From Candidatus Nitrospinota bacterium M3_3B_026 (lineage in GTDB: Bacteria; Nitrospinota_A; UBA7883; JBPRGF01): 64,000 bases of DNA. The first letter of the stretch is position 1. Each line of letters opens with the position of its first letter. This document shows positions 59,315-64,000 of this stretch, piece after piece. The notes under the pieces were generated by a model. It was not told where the DNA came from. It was given only the letters and a program-made list of their open reading frames with translations, and did no database searches. The stretch spans positions 160,001 to 224,000 of the forward strand of contig JBPRGF010000023.1 in NCBI GenBank assembly GCA_051418015.1. The letters are read 5' to 3'. A program made the translations under genes and the position numbers.

Positions 59315-60464
59315 CGCTGTTATCCCGGCCGTTCTCGCGCTCGCGGCAGCAGCGGCGACAGCGGGCGAGTGGGGCACGGGGGCGCTCATGGTGGTCATCG
59401 AGCGCGAAAGCGGCTCCGTCCTGGTCATAGACTCCGCCCAGGACCACAAAGTCCTGGGCAGGATAGAGGGTCTCGGCGTACTGCATCACGCATCGGTCTC
59501 CTTCTCCCGCGGCGGGCGCTACGGCTACGTCGTCAGCCGCGACGGCTTTTTGAGCAAGATCGACCTTCTGAGGCTCGAAGTCACCGCCAGGGTGAAGGTG
59601 GGAGAGAGCGCCATCGGGCTGGCTGTCACGCAGGACGGGAAACATATCGCCATCAGCAATTACAAGCCGGGGAACATCGTCATCGTCTCCGATGAGACTT
59701 TTGAGATCGTAAAGACCATAGACGCCGACGAGTCGAAGACCGTCGGCCTCGTGGACGCCCCGGAGAACAGGCTGGTGGTCTCTTTAATGGACGCGAACGA
59801 GATATGGGTAATAGACGCGAACGATCCGGATTTCCCCGTCATCAAAAAGTTCAAGGACGTCGGCGAGAAGCCATACGACGGCCTGCTGACTCCCGACGGG
59901 CGGTATTACATCGCCGGGCTTTTCCATTCCCCGTGGGCGGCGATGGTGGACCTCTGGAGCATGGACGGGGTTGAAAAAATCCCGCTGCCCGTCCCGCCCG
60001 AAAAAAAGGACAAACCGCCGGTCCTGAAGATCCCCCACCTGGAGGGGTGGATCATGGCCGGGCAGGGCCTTTTCGCGCCGGTGATAGGCGGCTCCGGGCT
60101 GGCGCTGATCGACATGGAGACATGGAAGGTAAAGAAGGTGATAGACCTGCTGGCATACCCCGTCTTCGCCATGGCCCAGCCGGACATGAGGAGGATATGG
60201 ACCAACTACGTCCTGGGCGAACACCACGACACCGTGCAGGTCGTGGACGTGAAAACCCTCGAGGTGGTCAAAACCCTCAAACCCGGCGACAAAATTTTCC
60301 ACATGCAGTTCACGCCCAAGGGCGGCGCCGTCTACCTCTCCTCCAACGGCGACGACAAGGTCCTGATCTACGACACGAAGACTTTTGGGCTTGTCAGGGA
60401 GATATCAGCCAGAAAACCATCCGGGATATTCTCAAGCGCCCGCTCCGCCACCTTCGGGCTGTGA
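59292..60464 (+). CDS. nirF: Heme d1 maturation protein NirF
   Basis: GTGALMVVIERESGS, PYDGLLTPDGRYY, KIPHLEGW, PSGIFSSAR. Confidence 0.9.
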   Translation: MSLRRLYSAVIPAVLALAAAAATAGEWGTGALMVVIERESGSVLVIDSAQDHKVLGRIEGLGVLHHASVSFSRGGRYGYVVSRDGFLSKIDLLRLEVTARVKVGESAIGLAVTQDGKHIAISNYKPGNIVIVSDETFEIVKTIDADESKTVGLVDAPENRLVVSLMDANEIWVIDANDPDFPVIKKFKDVGEKPYDGLLTPDGRYYIAGLFHSPWAAMVDLWSMDGVEKIPLPVPPEKKDKPPVLKIPHLEGWIMAGQGLFAPVIGGSGLALIDMETWKVKKVIDLLAYPVFAMAQPDMRRIWTNYVLGEHHDTVQVVDVKTLEVVKTLKPGDKIFHMQFTPKGGAVYLSSNGDDKVLIYDTKTFGLVREISARKPSGIFSSARSATFGL

Positions 60465-60614
60465 TCCCTCCGAAACGCGCCGGCCGGGGAGCGGAGTGAC
60501 AAAAAACATGGCGGACTGGTCTCGGTAATGTAGAATATCTCGCATGTTTTTTCGGCTGTAACCCAGGGCGGGCCGCAGCGGCGCCTCCCGCATCATCCAG
60601 CGGCAGCATACGCA

Positions 60615-61718
60615 ATGAGCACGATCCTTATCGTGGACGACAACGAGGACAGCATTGTCCTTTACGAGTCCATCATCTCGTCGCGCGGCTACAGGGTCAT
60701 CACCGCCGGCGACGGCGAGGAAGCCCTGGAGAAGCTTAAAGCCGCCGAAGGGGGCGTGGACCTCGTCCTCTCCGACATCATGATGCCGAAAATAGACGGG
60801 CTGGGCCTTGCCAGGAGGATAAAGAGCGACCCCGACGCGCGCCACATCCCGGTGATCCTGCTCACCGCCGGGAAACGTGAGCGCGAGGACATGGCGGGCG
60901 GACTGGACGTCGGCGCGGACGACTATCTCGTAAAGCCCGTGGACACCGTGGAGCTGATGGCGAGGCTGCGCTCACACCTGAGGGTGAAAAAGCTCCAGGA
61001 CGAGCTGACGCTGGCGAACCGCCGCCTGGCGGAGATGAACGACAACCTGGAGCAGTTGGTCGAGGAGCGGACGGTCGAGATCATGCTGACCAGGAACGCG
61101 GCCATATTCGGCCTCGCCAAGATCGCCGAGCGCCGCGACCCGGAGACCGGCGGGCATCTTGAGAGGATACGCGAATACACCAGGGCGCTGGCCATCCAGA
61201 TGCGGAAGGCGCCGCGTTTCAGGGACGTGATCGACGACGACTTCATCGTCAATATCTACCAGTCCAGCCCCCTGCACGACGTGGGCAAGGTGGGCATCCC
61301 GGACAGCATATTGCTCAAGCCCGGCAAGCTGACGCCCGAGGAGTTCGAGATCATGAAAACCCATTCAACGATCGGCGGGGACTCCCTCGCGGCGGCGGAG
61401 CGCTCCTTCGCGGGTGACAGCTTTCTTTCCATGGGAAGAGACATCGCCTACTACCACCATGAACGGTGGAACGGGAAGGGATACCCGAAAGGTTTGGAGG
61501 GGGATGAAATCCCTCTCGCCGCCCGGATAATGGCCCTGGCCGACGTCTACGACGCCCTGGTCAGCAAACGGGTCTACAAGGAGGCCATGTCCCACGAAGA
61601 GGCCAGGAAAATCATCCTGGGCGAAGAGGGGGAGCATTTCGACCCGGACATCGTGGCGGCTTTCCGGGAGATAGACCAGTTGTTCCTGGAGACAAGAAGA
61701 AAACACTCGGACGAGTGA
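60615..61718 (+). CDS. Response regulator with HD-GYP c-di-GMP phosphodiesterase (RpfG-like)
   Basis: Receiver domain (VDD, SDIMMP, KP); ETGGH, LHDVGK, HHERWNGKGYP, ADVYDAL. Confidence 0.93.
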   Translation: MSTILIVDDNEDSIVLYESIISSRGYRVITAGDGEEALEKLKAAEGGVDLVLSDIMMPKIDGLGLARRIKSDPDARHIPVILLTAGKREREDMAGGLDVGADDYLVKPVDTVELMARLRSHLRVKKLQDELTLANRRLAEMNDNLEQLVEERTVEIMLTRNAAIFGLAKIAERRDPETGGHLERIREYTRALAIQMRKAPRFRDVIDDDFIVNIYQSSPLHDVGKVGIPDSILLKPGKLTPEEFEIMKTHSTIGGDSLAAAERSFAGDSFLSMGRDIAYYHHERWNGKGYPKGLEGDEIPLAARIMALADVYDALVSKRVYKEAMSHEEARKIILGEEGEHFDPDIVAAFREIDQLFLETRRKHSDE

Positions 61719-61771
61719 ACGGAGGGTAAAAAGAAGACCTTTGCCTAACCTGGATGCTCCGGTGTTTTGAA

Positions 61772-61866
61772 GTCCTGAGCCGCAAGGCGAAGGATCTTGC
61801 CTTTGCCGTCCCATGATGAAATCAAGGTCCTTCACGTCACGGCGAAGACTCCGCTCGTTCAGGACG
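61772..61866. repeat. REP-like element, family B
   Basis: GTCCTGAGCCGCAAGGCGAAGGATCT...AGGTCCTTCAC...CGTTCAGGAC inverted pair; 15-mer shared with 29748-29762. Confidence 0.65.
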
Positions 61867-61913
61867 GCGGCAACGGGCGGCAAGGCCGGTTGCGAAGGTA
61901 TCGGAAAAGGCCC

Positions 61914-62300
61914 TCAAGCCCCCTGTCCCGGCTCCGGGGTCAGGACCTCCGCCACCGCCTCCAGCATCTCCTGCTGGTTGATCGGCTTCCTGAACACCTT
62001 TGCCGCTCCCAGGATGCTGGCCATCCTGAGCATGTCGGACATGTCATCCTTCGAGCCGCCGGAAATGACGATTATTTTGACGCCGGGGAAATCCTTCCGC
62101 AGCTTCTCCAGGACCTCTATCCCGCTCCTGCCGGGCATCATGACGTCGGTGACGATAAGGTCGGGCTTGTTCTCCTTGAAAAGACGCATCCCCTCCCCGC
62201 CGTCGGCGGCCTCCACCACGTTGTGCCCCCTCGGCTCAAGAAGATAGCGCAACGTCATGCGCATCAACTCGTCGTCGTCTATTACCAGTATGTCAGCCAT
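61914..62300 (-). CDS. Single-domain response regulator
   Basis: MADILVIDDD, TDVMMP, FRKP. Confidence 0.9.
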   Translation of the reverse strand: MADILVIDDDELMRMTLRYLLEPRGHNVVEAADGGEGMRLFKENKPDLIVTDVMMPGRSGIEVLEKLRKDFPGVKIIVISGGSKDDMSDMLRMASILGAAKVFRKPINQQEMLEAVAEVLTPEPGQGA

Positions 62301-62577
62301 TACAGACCCCTGACAGATCAGGCGGACGCGCGAAAAAACCTGGCCGCCCCCACTCGTTGAAAGCCTCAGCTTCGGCCGCAAGTTTACACAGATTCTACAC
62401 CATGCCCGGTGTTTTTGACATTATAACTTATCCATACAGCTTTCGAGCAGAAAAAACAAAGACTCCTCCCGCAGAACCCCGCGAGAGGTAAAATGATTTT
62501 TTACTATCCCCGGCGCCTCCGCGCGATTGAGCGCGCTATTGATGAAATCTTTATAACCTGTTATTATTAATGGAATT

Positions 62578-63462
62578 ATGAAAAGCTTTGACCTGCGCCC
62601 GGCGAGATTCCTCCTGCTCTTCGCGGCGTTCGTTCTCGCCGCCTGCGGCGCCGAGCCCGGCGGGACGGCGCCAGACAGCGCGTCGGATGGCGCGGAAAAC
62701 AGGCGCGCTTTCGGCCGCGGCGCCCCGGATAACACCCTCGCCCGGGAGCGGGAATTAAGGGAAAACCCGGCCTGCGGCAGGGCTGGCGAAGAGTTCGTCT
62801 TGCCGATCCTGTACATAGTGGACAGGTTCAACGAGTTCGTCTCCAAAACCGGCGGGGAAAAGGGGATGGCGCTCCTGCCCGCCGGACATCCGGACTCCCC
62901 CGATGGCGTCTCCGTCCTTGTCTGCCGCGATGAGGGAGTCGCCGCCTACGCTTACGGCAGGACGGTGGTTCTCGGCGGAGGTCTTCTGGCCGTCCTGAGG
63001 GACGCGGCCCGAAGCGCCGTGGTCTACAACGGCGACGATGCGGCGATCAGGGCGAGGCTCGACCACATCGCCGCCAGGGCGAGGATGGGCGATTTCTCCG
63101 GCATTGCGTTCCCGGAGACGCGGGAGCGGACGCAAGACGACGACGGCGCGCGCGAGGCCGAGGAGCTTTTCACCTCCGCCACGGCGTTCGTGCTGTTCCA
63201 CGAGCTCGCCCACACCCAGGCCGGCCAGGAGGCGGCAAAGATGGATTACCCAGACCCTTACGCCGAGCTCAAGGCGGATATCTTCGCCGCCGAGGTCATG
63301 CGCCCGACCGGCTTCAGCATGGAGGGAGTGGACCTCGTTTTCGAGGTGCTGGAGAGGCTGGCCCCCGGCGAGTCCATAGGGCACCTGCCGCCATGGGAGA
63401 GGGCCAGGGCGGTTAAAGAGGCCGAAGGGGATTACGGCCCCCTCGCCTTCGCCCGGGAATAG
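62578..63462 (+). CDS. Putative lipoprotein metallopeptidase (HExxH, M48-like)
   Basis: Lipobox LAAC, FHELAH, ELKAD, H.P...R. Confidence 0.65.
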   Translation: MKSFDLRPARFLLLFAAFVLAACGAEPGGTAPDSASDGAENRRAFGRGAPDNTLARERELRENPACGRAGEEFVLPILYIVDRFNEFVSKTGGEKGMALLPAGHPDSPDGVSVLVCRDEGVAAYAYGRTVVLGGGLLAVLRDAARSAVVYNGDDAAIRARLDHIAARARMGDFSGIAFPETRERTQDDDGAREAEELFTSATAFVLFHELAHTQAGQEAAKMDYPDPYAELKADIFAAEVMRPTGFSMEGVDLVFEVLERLAPGESIGHLPPWERARAVKEAEGDYGPLAFARE

Positions 63463-63481
63463 CCGCCGCCCCAGGCTTTCC

Positions 63482-64000
63482 CTACTTGGCGAGGTCGTAC
63501 ACCCCCTCCCAGTCATCCGTCGGCAGCTCCCGCATGAGCCGCGATATCCTCTCCAGGTAAAGCGACACAGCCTTGTCCTCGCCGCCCGCCGCGGCGTCGA
63601 GGTTTTTGAATATCTCTAAGGCGCGGGAGAGGGCGCGTCCCTGGAACGCCTTCACCGCCTCCTGGAACTCGTGGGCGAAGCGCCGCTGCTCCTCCGTCGC
63701 GGCGTCTTTCTCCTCGATGACCTCGTAAACCCTGATAGGCTCCTTCTTCCCGGCCACCCGCACCCTGTCCAATTCCCTGAGCAGGAACCTGTCGGCCACC
63801 TCGGCGCGGGTGAACTCCGATATCATTATCTTCGACCCGTAATACTTGTTCGCTCCCTCCAGGCGGGAGGCCAGGTTCACGGCGTCGCCCATCATGGTGT
63901 AGTCCATCCTGTCCTTGGACCCCATGTTGCCCACCACCATCGGGCCGGTGTTGATCCCCATCCTGACGTTTATGTCGGCCTTCGCCCCGCGCCGCCACCT
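63482..64000 (-). CDS. Class III adenylate/guanylate cyclase (3' part)
   Basis: GINTGPMVVGNMGS...DYTMMGDAVNLASRLEG, VAGK. Confidence 0.9.
   Translation of the reverse strand, partial: RWRRGAKADINVRMGINTGPMVVGNMGSKDRMDYTMMGDAVNLASRLEGANKYYGSKIMISEFTRAEVADRFLLRELDRVRVAGKKEPIRVYEVIEEKDAATEEQRRFAHEFQEAVKAFQGRALSRALEIFKNLDAAAGGEDKAVSLYLERISRLMRELPTDDWEGVYDLAK

Noticed and set aside
56428..60464. Second and third copies of nirS
   Set aside because: They lack the LHDGG/PHPG catalytic His pair, and their motifs match NirN and NirF.
43558..60614. Respiratory island as a mobile genomic island
   Set aside because: No integrase, transposase, tRNA or flanking direct repeats were seen, and there is no obvious compositional break by eye.

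Overview
GC-rich bacterial chromosome segment. Lineage cannot be fixed from sequence alone; the proteins look Nitrospinota- or Deltaproteobacteria-like (inference). Bases 1-43.6 kb are mostly housekeeping genes: cheA-like 5' part, tatB, cls, pckA, efp, rimP-nusA-infB, folP, trpBA, recA-recX-pilD, cobA/hemD, RNase P RNA, DEAD helicase, rpsU, mtnA, putA, aroA, surE, ftsH and folD-xseAB-ispA. Two families of palindromic REP-like elements sit in the intergenic gaps. Bases 43.6-60.5 kb form a compact respiratory island of three units. The first is a group 3b [NiFe]-hydrogenase operon (+). Converging on it is an operon (-) for a Tyr-less heme-copper oxidoreductase with an eNOR-type HSSQQ site, a CuA subunit, two small membrane subunits (one missed by the ORF track), SCO, a Rieske-less cytochrome b-2x[4Fe-4S]-MvhD fusion and an uncharacterised anchored protein. 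Divergent from that is nirS-nirN-nirJ-nirF (+). The NO-making and NO-consuming operons have mirror-image promoters sharing a 15/16-identical TATGA-N6-TCATA box exactly 21 bp from a TATAAA -10. The window ends with an HD-GYP regulator, a receiver protein, a HExxH lipoprotein and a partial class III cyclase. No CRISPR array, tRNA, rRNA or transposase was seen.
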